Positions 27,732 through 37,515 of a stretch of 64,000 nucleotides of DNA are shown piece after piece. Numbering within the stretch: the stretch's first letter is position 1; every line of letters begins with the position of its first letter. The stretch spans positions 300,762-364,761 of the forward strand of contig CAWEQO010000004.1 of NCBI GenBank assembly GCA_963811225.1, in the 5' to 3' direction. Below the pieces are notes generated by a model. That model ran no database searches and was not told the origin of the DNA. It worked only from the letters and a program-made list of their open reading frames with translations. This DNA is from an uncultured Chloroflexia bacterium. Its GTDB lineage: Bacteria; Chloroflexota; Anaerolineae; Anaerolineales; Anaerolineaceae. A program made the position numbers and the translations under genes.

Positions 27732-29435
27732 TGCCCACATTCCGCACCTTGGAATAGCGGATTTTGGGAATATCGGGTAATCTTGGGGGATGAACCCCGA
27801 AACGCGCTATGAAACACAACGGATGGATCACCTGGGGATTGTGGCTGGGATCTGCCAGGAGATCGGGCTGATCGAAGAAATCGACCGGCAAGTTGGGCCC
27901 AGCGAACAAAAGGTGAGTGTTGGGCAAGGAACGCAGGCAATGGTACTGAATGCTCTGGGCTTCAGCAGCCGGGCATTGTATTTGATGCCGGACTATCTGC
28001 ACAACAAACCGGTGGATTTACTGATTGGTCCGGGTCTGGTTGCCGAAGATTTCAACGATGACAGCCTGGGACGCAGCCTGGAGGCACTTTACGCTAAAGG
28101 AGTGACCGAGGTATTTGCCCAAGTGGCGGCGCGAGCCTTAGGGGTGTACGGGATTGAACACCATTTTGTGCATGTGGACAGCAGTTCTTTTCACTTGCAT
28201 GGGCAATATGAAATCGAAGAGCCGAACAAGGAAGCGATCACAATCACGGAAGGCTACTCGCGGGATCACCGTCCAGATCTCAAGCAGGTGGTGGTGCAGT
28301 TGATCACCAGCCAGAAATCCGCACTGCCGGTTTGGTTGGAAGTATTGAGCGGCAACAGCAGTGATAAAGAGACCTTTCCCCTCAGCGTAGAAGCCTACAA
28401 CAAGCAGCTTGGAGGGGGTGAAACGCCATACTATGTCATGGACAGTGCGGGCTATGCGGCAGACAACCTGAAAACGTTGAAGGACATGCTGTGGTTGATG
28501 CGGGTGCCGGAGACGCTTGCGGAAGCCAAGCGGCTCGTGCGGGAGAGCGAAAAGGCAGACATGCAGTGTCTGACAGAAGGTTACTGGGGCAAAGAGGTTG
28601 CAGTTACCTATGGCGATATTGAACAGCGCTGGTTGGTGGTTTTCTCCCAGGCCGCTTATGAGCGCGAACTGCATACCTTGACCAAAAACCAGGAAAAAGA
28701 ACGTCAAGCGGCTGAGAAGCAGTGGCACAAGTTGGGTGGGCAGACCTTCAACTGCCAGGAAGACGCCGAAACCGCTGCAAAACAATTCAACCAGGGCTGG
28801 AAGTTCCACCAGGCAGATGCGGAAGCTGCCCCAATCACTCAATATGCCCGGCGCGGACGTCCCTCGGCTGAAGATAAGCCAGAGATTGTGGGGTACGGTT
28901 TGACAGGGAGCATTTCCGCCGACCCAGAGCGGGTCGAAGCGGCGAAACGCACCTTGGGCAAGTTCATCATCGCCACGAATGAACTCGACCCTCAAAAATT
29001 ATCCCCCATACAAATACTTGAGAACTATACCGACCAGGGCGTTTCGGTCGAGCGCGGTTTTCGCTTTCTCAAAGATCCGCTTTTCTTCGCTGATAGTCTA
29101 TTTCTCAAGAAACCCGAGCGGATCATGGCGTTGATGATGATTATGGGACTGGCACTGCTCATCTATGCTCTGGCAGAACGCCAACTTCGCCTGGGGTTGG
29201 AGGAAAGTAATGAAAAGATCCCCGATCAGAAGGGCAAACCGACCGCAACTCCCACTATTCGTTGGGTTTTTCAGACTTTTGAGGGAATTGATATTCTGTC
29301 CGTCTGGGTGAATGGGCAGCCAACGCTCCGTCAGGTACTCAACCTAAGACCCGTTCACCAGCAAGTTATTCGTTTGTTCGGTTCCCGTGTCCGTAATTGC
29401 TATTTCCTCGATCCTTGAGGTGCGGAATGTGGGCA
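27732..29435 (+). mobile_element. IS1634-family (IS4-like) insertion sequence
   Basis: 18-bp perfect terminal inverted repeats, TGCCCACATTCCGCACCT (27732..27749) and AGGTGCGGAATGTGGGCA (29418..29435), bracket a single transposase ORF. No unambiguous target-site duplication is visible. Confidence 0.8.
27790..29418 (+). CDS. IS1634-family transposase
   Basis: MDHLGIVAGICQEIGLIEEIDRQVG..GQGTQAMVLNALGF..R.LYLMPDY is the N-terminus typical of IS1634/IS4-type DDE transposases. The size (542 aa) fits, and the ORF is bracketed by inverted repeats. Confidence 0.85.
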   Translation: MNPETRYETQRMDHLGIVAGICQEIGLIEEIDRQVGPSEQKVSVGQGTQAMVLNALGFSSRALYLMPDYLHNKPVDLLIGPGLVAEDFNDDSLGRSLEALYAKGVTEVFAQVAARALGVYGIEHHFVHVDSSSFHLHGQYEIEEPNKEAITITEGYSRDHRPDLKQVVVQLITSQKSALPVWLEVLSGNSSDKETFPLSVEAYNKQLGGGETPYYVMDSAGYAADNLKTLKDMLWLMRVPETLAEAKRLVRESEKADMQCLTEGYWGKEVAVTYGDIEQRWLVVFSQAAYERELHTLTKNQEKERQAAEKQWHKLGGQTFNCQEDAETAAKQFNQGWKFHQADAEAAPITQYARRGRPSAEDKPEIVGYGLTGSISADPERVEAAKRTLGKFIIATNELDPQKLSPIQILENYTDQGVSVERGFRFLKDPLFFADSLFLKKPERIMALMMIMGLALLIYALAERQLRLGLEESNEKIPDQKGKPTATPTIRWVFQTFEGIDILSVWVNGQPTLRQVLNLRPVHQQVIRLFGSRVRNCYFLDP

Positions 29436-29438
29436 AGT

Positions 29439-29535
29439 GGGCTCGCCGGGTGCATTTATGCATTGTAGATTTGTGGTTTGGCGGCGCAGCTGCCAAACCA
29501 CAAATCTACAATGTCTAAATGCACCCGGCGAGCCC
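29439..29535. repeat. Very long palindromic hairpin (44-nt arms, 2 adjacent mismatches, 9-nt loop)
   Basis: Arms 29439..29482 and 29492..29535 (GGGCTCGCCGGGTGCATTTATGCATTGTAGATTTGTGGTTTGGC and near-complement). It starts 3 nt after the IS right end and ends 6 nt before the stop of the DUF389 gene. Confidence 0.75.
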
Positions 29536-29541
29536 CTCGTT

Positions 29542-30898
29542 TTACGGTTCTATTCTTAAGAAGCGGCCCTGGATCCAGCCAACGCGGCCCATCAGGTCGC
29601 GCACTTTAATCCATTCGAACTGGTCGACCGTGCGGCGCTCACCCAGCAGCTGGACAGGGGAGCCTTCGGGCAGGATGCTGGTGATCTTGCCGAGAGGGGC
29701 GTCGCGCAGGTATAGGCCTTTGTTCTTGGTGCCATAAACGTACGCCACAATGGGCGTGGGAGTGGCCGAGGGGGTAACCGTGGAGGTGGCGGTTGGCGTG
29801 AAGGTTTCGGTGGGGTTGGCTGTTTGGGTTGGAGTCTGGGTAGGCGTGCGGGTGGGCGTGGCGCTCGGGCCTGGCGTAGGCGTGGGCGTTTGGGTGGGCG
29901 GGATGAGTGGGTCCAGGCGGGTGGCGGGCACGACAATCAGCTGCAGCGCCACCGGCTCGTTCAGCCGCAAGGCAATCGCCGACTGCAGCGCGACCACCTG
30001 CTGGTAGGTAGGCTGGCGTTCGAAGCGGGCGGTGATATTGAGATTCAGCGCCTCATTTTCCTCGGTATAGTCCAGCTCGACCAGCTCGGCGGCGTTGATG
30101 TTCGTGATCTCTTCGTTCACGGCCTGACGGATCGAGCGGCTGCGGTCGGCATCGTGGACGAAACTGAGCGACATCACAATCAGTGGGATGGCGATCAGCA
30201 TCACCAGACCGGCGGAGACCAAGACGCTTTGCGACAGGCCGATCCAGCGCCGGGTGACGCGGCAGCGGGCGGAATCCAAGCACAATGAAAACCAGGATCC
30301 CGGCGAACGAGATGGCCGCCAGGTTGGTGATGAACAAGAGCGAGGCTCCGAAGGCTACGTCCTGGTGCCGGATGGCCGCTCCGATGCCGATGCTGCACAA
30401 AGGCGGCATCAGGGCGGTGGAGATGGCCACACCCGGCAGCGCCGCCGAGAGGTGCGGCTCGGCCAGGGCGTAAGCGGCCGCAGCGCCACCGGCCAGGGCG
30501 ATAGCCAGATCGAAGGGCGAAGGGTGGGTACGAGACAGCACTTCGAGAGGAATGTCTTGCAGTACCCCGAACGGTGAGCGGTATGCCATCAGGCTGATCA
30601 GCCACGACAACCCCACCGCCAGGCCGGCGCCTTCCAGCAGCGCCAGGATTGAGTGGCGGTACATTTTCTGCGCGCCCGAGACCGATGCCAGCGACAACCC
30701 CAGGATGGGCGACATGAGCGGCGCAACCAGCATCGCGCCGATAATGACCGCCGCCGAGTTGGTGATTAAACCAAACGTAGCAATTGTGCAGGAAAGGAAG
30801 ATGAGCAAGAAATAATCAAAACCAGGCTCAGAGGATTCACTGAGCTGCTGCAAGACGGCTTCGCGGCGATCGAAGTCTAAAGGCAGAAGAAGTCTCAT
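29542..30898 (-). pseudogene. DUF389-family membrane protein with a C-terminal PT-linker and SH3-like domain, split by an apparent 1-nt frameshift
   Basis: ORF 30053..30898 is DUF389-like up to ..AGILVFIVLGFRP and then turns into Arg/Pro-rich nonsense. ORF 29542..30285 resumes plausible sequence at RRWIGLSQSVLVSAGLVMLIAIPL.. in another frame. The frame switch must lie at about 30245..30270. Confidence 0.6.
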
Positions 30899-30911
30899 TT
30901 ATCGGGAATTC

Positions 30912-32783
30912 CTAATCGCAGTTCCATTGTCCAAAGAAGTGGCGCGCTTGTTCGACGTCTTCAGCCGCGCCGATCAGGGTGATACGATCGTCCCACGCCA
31001 GTTGTGTATCACTGTTGGGCACCATTAATTCCTCATTTCGACGAACGGCCAGGATCAGCAGGCCGGGGGGCAGGCCCAGATGGCGGAGGGGTTTATCGGT
31101 GGCATCCTCATTGCGGACAACCGCCTCGCAGATCTCGTTCTGTTCCGCCCGGGTCATCATCTCATACAGGGCCGGGTTGCGGGCCAGCATGACGATCATG
31201 GCGGCCCGGTCGACGGCTGGATTGACGGTTTTTACGCCGATCCGCTCGAAACGCGACAGCTCAGAGGGTTGGTTGATTTGAGCAATCACGAGCGGAACAT
31301 TATAAGCGTAACGGGCGATCTCGCATACCTGAAAACTGACGTCAGCGTCATTATAGGTGGAGATGAGGGTCTGCGCTTCTGCCAGGAGATCTTTCACTTC
31401 AGGATTATCAAAATTAGGCTCTGCCAGAACGGTTTGCACACCGGAAACCTGAATGCCTTTCAGACGCTCTCCATTATAATCGATGATCGCGATTGCTTCA
31501 TGATGCTCTAAAAGTTGGCGGGCAATTTGCGCTGAAAGCGGATTGGCCCCAGCCAGGATAATCGGGCGCTCGGGCGGCTCGGTTGGCTTGGGCGCAATCA
31601 GGATAAACAGGATCGGCGACAGGGTCGCCAGGATCATGGCGCTCAGCACGATGGCGGCATCCAGCGCCGGGCTGAGATAGCCAAGCTGCACGCCAATCGT
31701 GGCGGCCGCGATGATCAGCGACAGGCGGGCCGACAGCAGCACCCCGGCCGAAAAGGTTTCGCGCCAGGAGAAGTTTAGTTTAAAAATCAGCGCCGGGATC
31801 AATTTCACCAGCAGGGCCGAGCCGAGCATCAACGGCACCAGCCACAGCGCCTGTGGCGAAACGAACAGGCTGGAAGCGTCGAAGCGGACGCCGATCATGA
31901 TAAAGAAGATGGGGATAAAGAAACCGTAGCCGAAGCCTTCAAGCTGGTGTTTGATCGAAATGTCTTGGGGTGTAGACAGCAGCGAGAGGATTGCCCCGGC
32001 CAGGAAGGCGCCAAGCACGATCTCGACCTCAAAAACTTGCGAGAGCACCATGAACAGCAGCAGGATCGAGAAGGCCGCCCGGATCTTGATTTGGGCGGTC
32101 GCATGGCTGAGCTCTTCCAACAAGTTGCGGAACGCGCCAATCCGATAGAGCACGCTGGAAAAGCGATAGAAGAGCAAAAAGACGACGAACAGCAGCCCCA
32201 CCAGCAGGATTTCAACCGTCAATCCAAACGAGAGCAGGGCTACCACGATTGTCAGCAGAATGATGGTGCCGAAGTCGGCGAACATGGTGGCGACCATCAA
32301 GAACTGCCCCAGGCGGGTGCCGGTGAAGCGGTTCTCCTTGAGCACCGGGAATATGACCCCGAGGGCCGAAGGCGCAAGGACGACAGTCAGAATCCAGGGG
32401 GTGGATGAAAATCCTTGCCGGACGAGTACCAGGCTGACCAGGAAAGCCAGAACCAGGGTAGAGCCGTAAGAGATGAGCGAGAGCAGGGTGGGGTTTTCGG
32501 TCCACTTTTTCGAGCCGCCGGTGCGCAGCGACAGGAGTGAAAAGTCAATTTCGGTGCCGGCCAGGAAGAACAAGAAGACGAAGCCGAATTCGGCAAACAG
32601 GTTGAGCACCTCATCGTTTGGTGCAACCAGGTTGAAACCACTGCCACCGATCAGGATGCCCGCCAGGATTTCCCCGACCACGATCGGCAGGCGCAGCTTG
32701 CGAAACCGTGAGAGAACGACCGGCACGAAGAATGCCAACCCAACAACCAGCAGCATGGCAGTAAAATTATTGTGACCTTCCAT
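30912..32783 (-). CDS. Cation:proton antiporter (CPA2/Kef-type) with C-terminal RCK (TrkA-N/TrkA-C) domains
   Basis: LPIVVGEILAGILIGGSGFNLV plus about 12 TM helices, then PIILAGANPLSAQIARQL (Rossmann-like) and a TrkA-C-like tail. Confidence 0.85.
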   Translation of the reverse strand: MEGHNNFTAMLLVVGLAFFVPVVLSRFRKLRLPIVVGEILAGILIGGSGFNLVAPNDEVLNLFAEFGFVFLFFLAGTEIDFSLLSLRTGGSKKWTENPTLLSLISYGSTLVLAFLVSLVLVRQGFSSTPWILTVVLAPSALGVIFPVLKENRFTGTRLGQFLMVATMFADFGTIILLTIVVALLSFGLTVEILLVGLLFVVFLLFYRFSSVLYRIGAFRNLLEELSHATAQIKIRAAFSILLLFMVLSQVFEVEIVLGAFLAGAILSLLSTPQDISIKHQLEGFGYGFFIPIFFIMIGVRFDASSLFVSPQALWLVPLMLGSALLVKLIPALIFKLNFSWRETFSAGVLLSARLSLIIAAATIGVQLGYLSPALDAAIVLSAMILATLSPILFILIAPKPTEPPERPIILAGANPLSAQIARQLLEHHEAIAIIDYNGERLKGIQVSGVQTVLAEPNFDNPEVKDLLAEAQTLISTYNDADVSFQVCEIARYAYNVPLVIAQINQPSELSRFERIGVKTVNPAVDRAAMIVMLARNPALYEMMTRAEQNEICEAVVRNEDATDKPLRHLGLPPGLLILAVRRNEELMVPNSDTQLAWDDRITLIGAAEDVEQARHFFGQWNCD

Positions 32784-33379
32784 ATGATTCCTCCCTTATT
32801 ATTGTTCAGGCAGTGGCGCAAAGGGGATAGGGCTTTCCTCCTACGGAATGACGCCATTGTCTGGGCAATTGCCCCTCCCTGTTAACATTAATCTGCTTCC
32901 AACAATTATATATACGAATACACCAAAATCATGTATAATATTTCTTACAACAAAAATTGTTTCTTCTGTCAATTCTATCCGATTCGGATAGAATGGCGGG
33001 CCAAAGGCGAGCACATCACTTGCAAAAGCTGGGCATGTTATCTCACTCCGTTGGAGTGTTGTCGAAGAGACGTCGGTTATTCGGTAACCGTCGCATACGG
33101 TACTGATTATATACGGGCCTGTATCGTTTCCTTTTCTGACAAAGGAAATTCAACCAGGCTTGAGTTTTTTGCCAGGAGTAGACTTATTGAACAGACACAT
33201 TTCTGGCCTCAAAACGGGTAACCGAAGGGTATTGATTCTTTTGTTGATCTGCGATTTGATTCTGTAGACTGAAAAAGCAGTTTATTGGAATCGGATCGCC
33301 GCCCAGTTGATGAGCGGGATGATTTGCACAGCCGTGGCCTGCCAGTGCAGACTTGCTACGGCTGTGTTTGCTATTTATT

Positions 33380-34036
33380 ATGGAAGGCAAAATTACCGCG
33401 CTTAAAGCGCAAAAGCGAAATCAGAATCAAATCAGCGTATTCCTGGATGGTAAGTTCTCCTTCGGGCTTGCGCGAATTGTAGCTGCCTGGCTGCAGGTGG
33501 GTCAAGAGTTGACCTCCGAGCAGATTGCGAAGCTGCAAGCGCAAGACAACGTGGAAGTGGCTTACCTAAAAGCCTTGAATTTCCTCAGCTACCGTCCCCG
33601 GAGCGAGGCCGAAGTGAAAAAAAGGCTTGAGAAGCATGGGTACTTGGAGGCGGACATTGAAACCATCCTCCAGCGCCTGCGCGAAAACCGGTTCGTGCAA
33701 GATTCCGAATTCGCCCAACAATGGATCGAAAACAGGTCCACCTTCCGACCACGCAGCCGCCGAGTCCTGGCAATGGAGCTCCGTCAAAAAGGAGTTGGCG
33801 AAGAAACCATTCAAGACGCTCTGACCGACGCCGAAGATGACGAAGAACTGGCTTATCAGGCCGCTGTGAGCCGTTTGCAGCGGTATGAGAACCTGGACTG
33901 GGAGACGTTTCGTAAAAAGCTAGGCGGTTTTCTCCTTCGCCGCGGCTTCACTTATGGAACCGTTTCTCCCGTGATCCGCCGGTTATGGGAAGAACTGCAG
34001 TCAGGTCATGAGCGCCAACTCAACGAAGGGGACTGA
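33380..34036 (+). CDS. recX: Regulatory protein RecX
   Basis: ITALKAQKRNQNQISVFLDG...AYLKALNFLSYRPRSEAEVKKRL..G.., three-repeat helical RecX pattern. Start set at the internal ATG (M10). Confidence 0.8.
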   Translation: MEGKITALKAQKRNQNQISVFLDGKFSFGLARIVAAWLQVGQELTSEQIAKLQAQDNVEVAYLKALNFLSYRPRSEAEVKKRLEKHGYLEADIETILQRLRENRFVQDSEFAQQWIENRSTFRPRSRRVLAMELRQKGVGEETIQDALTDAEDDEELAYQAAVSRLQRYENLDWETFRKKLGGFLLRRGFTYGTVSPVIRRLWEELQSGHERQLNEGD

Positions 34037-34045
34037 GGCGTAAGT

Positions 34046-35590
34046 ATGATTGGATCAATAAATATCTTAATTCTCATCGTCGTAATGATTGTTGTCGACA
34101 TTATCATCGTCGGCGCAATCCTCTACTTCCTCATGAAGTCAATGTCGAAGCGCTTTCGAGTAGAGCAGGAGGCCAAGGCGGATAATGTCGTCCTGGTCGC
34201 CAAAGAAAAAGCTCAAGACATCATGATGGAAGCCAAAGACAAGGCCATGCGGGTTCTCCAAGAGGCCGAAACCGAAAATGGAAAGCGCAGAGCAGAGCTC
34301 TCGCGCGAAGAAGAGCGCTTGCAAAAACGGCGCTCGGAACTGGATCACCGCATCGAACGCTTGGAGCAGCGCGAAAACGCGATGAACAAACGTCAGAGTG
34401 CGATGGATCGTCGTGCAAACGAGATCGATAAGCTTTACAGCGATCAAGAAGAAGAACTGCAGCGCGTTGCCCAGATGACCAATGATGAGGCCCGTACCGT
34501 GATGCTGGAACGGGCGGAGAAAGAAGCCCGCTCCGATATGGCCCGCATCATTCGCCAGATCGAGGCGGAAGCCCGCCAGGAAGGCGAGAAGCGCGCTCGT
34601 GAAATCATCGCCGACGCCATCCAGCGTGTAGCCTCCGAGCATGTTTCGGAAGTGACCACGTCTGTGGTGACTCTGCCCAATGAAGAGATGAAGGGCCGCA
34701 TCGTGGGCCGCAACGGTCGCAACATCCGGGCCTTTGAACAGGCCGCGGGCGTGGATGTGATCGTGGACGACACCCCTGAAGCGGTGACCCTTTCGTGTTT
34801 CGACCCGGTACGGCGTGAGATCGCCCGGCGGGCGCTGGATCGACTGATCCAGGATGGCCGCATCCACCCGGCGCACATCGAAAAGGTACTCGGTGAGGAA
34901 GAGAAAGAGGTCGAGCGCGCCATCATCGATGCGGGCGAAGAGGCAGCCTTCGAAGCCAGTGTGCCAGGGCTGCACCCCGAGATCCTCAAGACGCTCGGCC
35001 GCTTGCGCTATCGCACATCCTACGGCCAGAACCAGTTGTCGCACGCTGTGGAAGTTTCCAAGCTGGCGGCGGTGATCGCTTCGGAACTGGGCGCAGACGT
35101 GGAGACCTCCAAAGCAGGCGCTCTGCTGCACGACCTGGGCAAAGCTCTGGACCACAACACCGAGGGTACCCATGCTCAGATCGGCGCGGAGATGGCCAAG
35201 CGTTACGGCGTCAATGCGAAGGTTGTAAACGCGATCGCCTCGCACCATCATGAGGTAGAGCAAGAAACGGTCGAAGCGGTGATCGTCGAGGCGGCCGACG
35301 CCATTTCAGGCGCTCGCCCAGGCGCTCGCCGTGAGGACTTGGAGCAGTACATCAAGCGCCTGCGCTCACTGGAAGAGATTGCCAATTCGTACAAGGGCGT
35401 CAACCAGAGCTACGCCATTCAGGCCGGCCGCGAACTGCGTATCATGGTTCGCCCGGACGACATCGACGACCTGGATGCGACGCGGCTGGCGCGTGACATC
35501 GCAAAGAAGATCGAGGAGACGATGCAGTACCCCGGTCAGATCAAGGTGACGGTCATCCGCGAGACGCGAGCGGTCGATTTCGCCAAGTAA
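34046..35590 (+). CDS. rny: Ribonuclease Y
   Basis: N-terminal TM helix, long coiled coil, KH domain (MKGRIVGRNGRNIRAFEQAAGVDVIVDD) and HD domain (SHAVEVSKLA..LLHDLGKA). Confidence 0.92.
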   Translation: MIGSINILILIVVMIVVDIIIVGAILYFLMKSMSKRFRVEQEAKADNVVLVAKEKAQDIMMEAKDKAMRVLQEAETENGKRRAELSREEERLQKRRSELDHRIERLEQRENAMNKRQSAMDRRANEIDKLYSDQEEELQRVAQMTNDEARTVMLERAEKEARSDMARIIRQIEAEARQEGEKRAREIIADAIQRVASEHVSEVTTSVVTLPNEEMKGRIVGRNGRNIRAFEQAAGVDVIVDDTPEAVTLSCFDPVRREIARRALDRLIQDGRIHPAHIEKVLGEEEKEVERAIIDAGEEAAFEASVPGLHPEILKTLGRLRYRTSYGQNQLSHAVEVSKLAAVIASELGADVETSKAGALLHDLGKALDHNTEGTHAQIGAEMAKRYGVNAKVVNAIASHHHEVEQETVEAVIVEAADAISGARPGARREDLEQYIKRLRSLEEIANSYKGVNQSYAIQAGRELRIMVRPDDIDDLDATRLARDIAKKIEETMQYPGQIKVTVIRETRAVDFAK

Positions 35591-35606
35591 ATAAGGAATT
35601 AAACAG

Positions 35607-35650
35607 AGAGCAGTTCACCCCCCTTCGGGTGGTGACTGCTCTTTTATTTT
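35607..35650 (+). terminator. Intrinsic terminator of rny
   Basis: AGAGCAGTTCACCCCCC-ttcg-GGTGGTGACTGCTCT followed by TTTATTTT. Confidence 0.7.
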
Positions 35651-35747
35651 AAGAACCTGTTCGAGAAATCGGGGTGATTGTGATAACATCCGCTCCAATT
35701 TCTCGGATCGGTTCTAATTAAGATCTCTTTACCAGGGATGGGTTGGG

Positions 35748-36383
35748 TTACACAAAAAAAGGATTGGTCTCCAGTTCTTGTTTGACCGTGGTTTCGGGGC
35801 CGTGACCGTTCAGCAGGCGGGTCTCGGGTGGGAGGGAGAAAACCTGGCTGCGGATGCTGTCGATCAGGGTCTGATAGTCGCCGCCCGGCAGGTCGGTGCG
35901 GCCGATGCTGCCGCGAAAGATCACGTCGCCGACGAAGGCCGCCCCGCCGCCGGGTGCGTAGAACAGCACGTGCCCGGGGGTGTGTCCCGGCACGTGGCGG
36001 ACCTCAACCCGGCTCTTGCCCAGGGGAAGATTCTGACCGTCGACCAGCAGGATGGTGGGCTGCGGCAGTCGCAGCACATTCAGGCCGAACATCGATGCTC
36101 CGCCGCCGGTGTTCCAAAGGTCTAGATCGGCGGGGTGCAGTGCGACTTGCAAAGGTTCTCGGATCGAATCCACGATCTCGTTGACCCCGGTCAGGTGGTC
36201 GAAGTGGGCGTGGGTCATCCATATCGAGCCCAGGTGATATTCCCGGCGTTTGGCTTCTGCGACGACCAATTCACAGCCCACTGCGGGATCGATGACGACG
36301 GCCTCGCCCGAGTCGAGGTCGGCCAGCAGGTAGGTGTTATTGTCGAGCGGACCCAGTACGAAGGTGACAATTTCGAGCGCCAT
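35748..36383 (-). CDS. MBL-fold metallo-hydrolase (glyoxalase II-like)
   Basis: The THAHFDHLTGV motif (HxHxDH) and downstream HVPGHTPGH. Confidence 0.8.
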   Translation of the reverse strand: MALEIVTFVLGPLDNNTYLLADLDSGEAVVIDPAVGCELVVAEAKRREYHLGSIWMTHAHFDHLTGVNEIVDSIREPLQVALHPADLDLWNTGGGASMFGLNVLRLPQPTILLVDGQNLPLGKSRVEVRHVPGHTPGHVLFYAPGGGAAFVGDVIFRGSIGRTDLPGGDYQTLIDSIRSQVFSLPPETRLLNGHGPETTVKQELETNPFFV

Positions 36384-37489
36384 CAGTGCAAAACCCTCCA
36401 GGAGCGATCGAAGTCGCTCAGGCTCTCGGCGCCGGTGGCGGTCACGACGACATCGTCCTCGATGCGCACGCCGTTACGGCCCGGCAGGTAGATGCCCGGC
36501 TCGACCGTGAAGGTCATCCCTTCCTGCAAGATCAACTCGTTCTCGCCAAACATATAGGGCGGCTCGTGACCTTCCATGCCCAGGCCATGCCCCACCCGGT
36601 GGGTGAAGTATTCTCCGTAACCGGCATGTTCGATTACGTCCCGGGCGGCCTTATCGACTTGCCCGGCCGGGATGCCGGGGCGGGCGGCTTCGCGCCCTGC
36701 AGTGTTGGCCGCCAGCACCGTCTCGAAGATGCGCTTCAGCTCTGGCCGGGTCTCGCCGATGGCGAAGGTGCGGGTCAGATCGGAGACGTAGCCACGGTAA
36801 GCGCCGCCCCAATCAATGACGAGCAAGTCGCCGGGCTGGAGCTTGCGCTCGGAGGGCGAGGCATGCGGGTTGGCGCTGTTGGGTCCGCTCGAGACGATCG
36901 GCGTGAACGGGAATTCAGAGTCCGAGCCGGCTTTCAGGAGTTGGATGGACAGCTCGGAGGCAATCTGGCGCTCGCTGACCCCGATGTGGATGAAGGGGAT
37001 GGTGGCTTGCAGGGCGTGCTGGGCGATATCGACCGCTTTGCGCATGGCGGCGATTTCATCCGTGTCTTTCTGCATGCGCAGCCGGCTGAGCACTTCGTCG
37101 GCGGAGACAAAACGGGCATGCGGGGCGGCGTCTTGCAGGAAGCGCATCTCCAGGAAGCGCAGCCGGTTGGGCTCGACGCCCACGGCCTTGCCGTCGAGGT
37201 CGATGGCTTTAGCTGCCTTTTCGAAGGCGCCGGCCCAGGAGGCCGGGTTGTCGCCGTAGGGGAAGCTCTGAATGGGGTATGGGTTGTTTTCCAGCTTGCG
37301 CAGTTCCAGCTCTGGCACGACGGCAGCGGCCCGGTCGGGCGGAGCCAGCAGCAGCACGGTGGGCCGCTCCATCAGGTGGAAGTTCAGCCCGGACAGGTAG
37401 GTGAGAGTGGGCCCGGGGTTCAGCGCGATGGCGTCAACGGGGGCGCTCTCCAGCAGTTGCATCAGGCGGTTCAGGCGTTGTTGGGACAT
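36383..37489 (-). CDS. M24-family Xaa-Pro aminopeptidase/dipeptidase
   Basis: DWGGAYRGYVSDLTRTF, HRVGHGLGMEGHEPP and EPGIYLPGRNGVRIEDDV carry the M24B metal ligands. Confidence 0.85.
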   Translation of the reverse strand: MSQQRLNRLMQLLESAPVDAIALNPGPTLTYLSGLNFHLMERPTVLLLAPPDRAAAVVPELELRKLENNPYPIQSFPYGDNPASWAGAFEKAAKAIDLDGKAVGVEPNRLRFLEMRFLQDAAPHARFVSADEVLSRLRMQKDTDEIAAMRKAVDIAQHALQATIPFIHIGVSERQIASELSIQLLKAGSDSEFPFTPIVSSGPNSANPHASPSERKLQPGDLLVIDWGGAYRGYVSDLTRTFAIGETRPELKRIFETVLAANTAGREAARPGIPAGQVDKAARDVIEHAGYGEYFTHRVGHGLGMEGHEPPYMFGENELILQEGMTFTVEPGIYLPGRNGVRIEDDVVVTATGAESLSDFDRSWRVLH

Positions 37490-37515
37490 AAGTCCTCCTG
37501 GAATGAATTATACAT

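Noticed and set aside
29750-29900. Repetitive GGCGTGGG / GTGGGCGT stretches considered as a tandem repeat or CRISPR-like array
   Set aside because: The stretches are irregular in period and lie within the coding PT-rich linker (TPTPTP..) of the DUF389-SH3 protein on the minus strand. There is no repeat-spacer structure.
32931-33221. 96-aa plus-strand ORF in the AT-rich spacer upstream of recX
   Set aside because: The product is Cys/Phe/Tyr-rich and implausible. There is no SD, and the composition is unlike the surrounding genes.
34139-35263. 374-aa minus-strand ORF opposite rny
   Set aside because: It is an antisense shadow of a gene with clear KH and HD domains.
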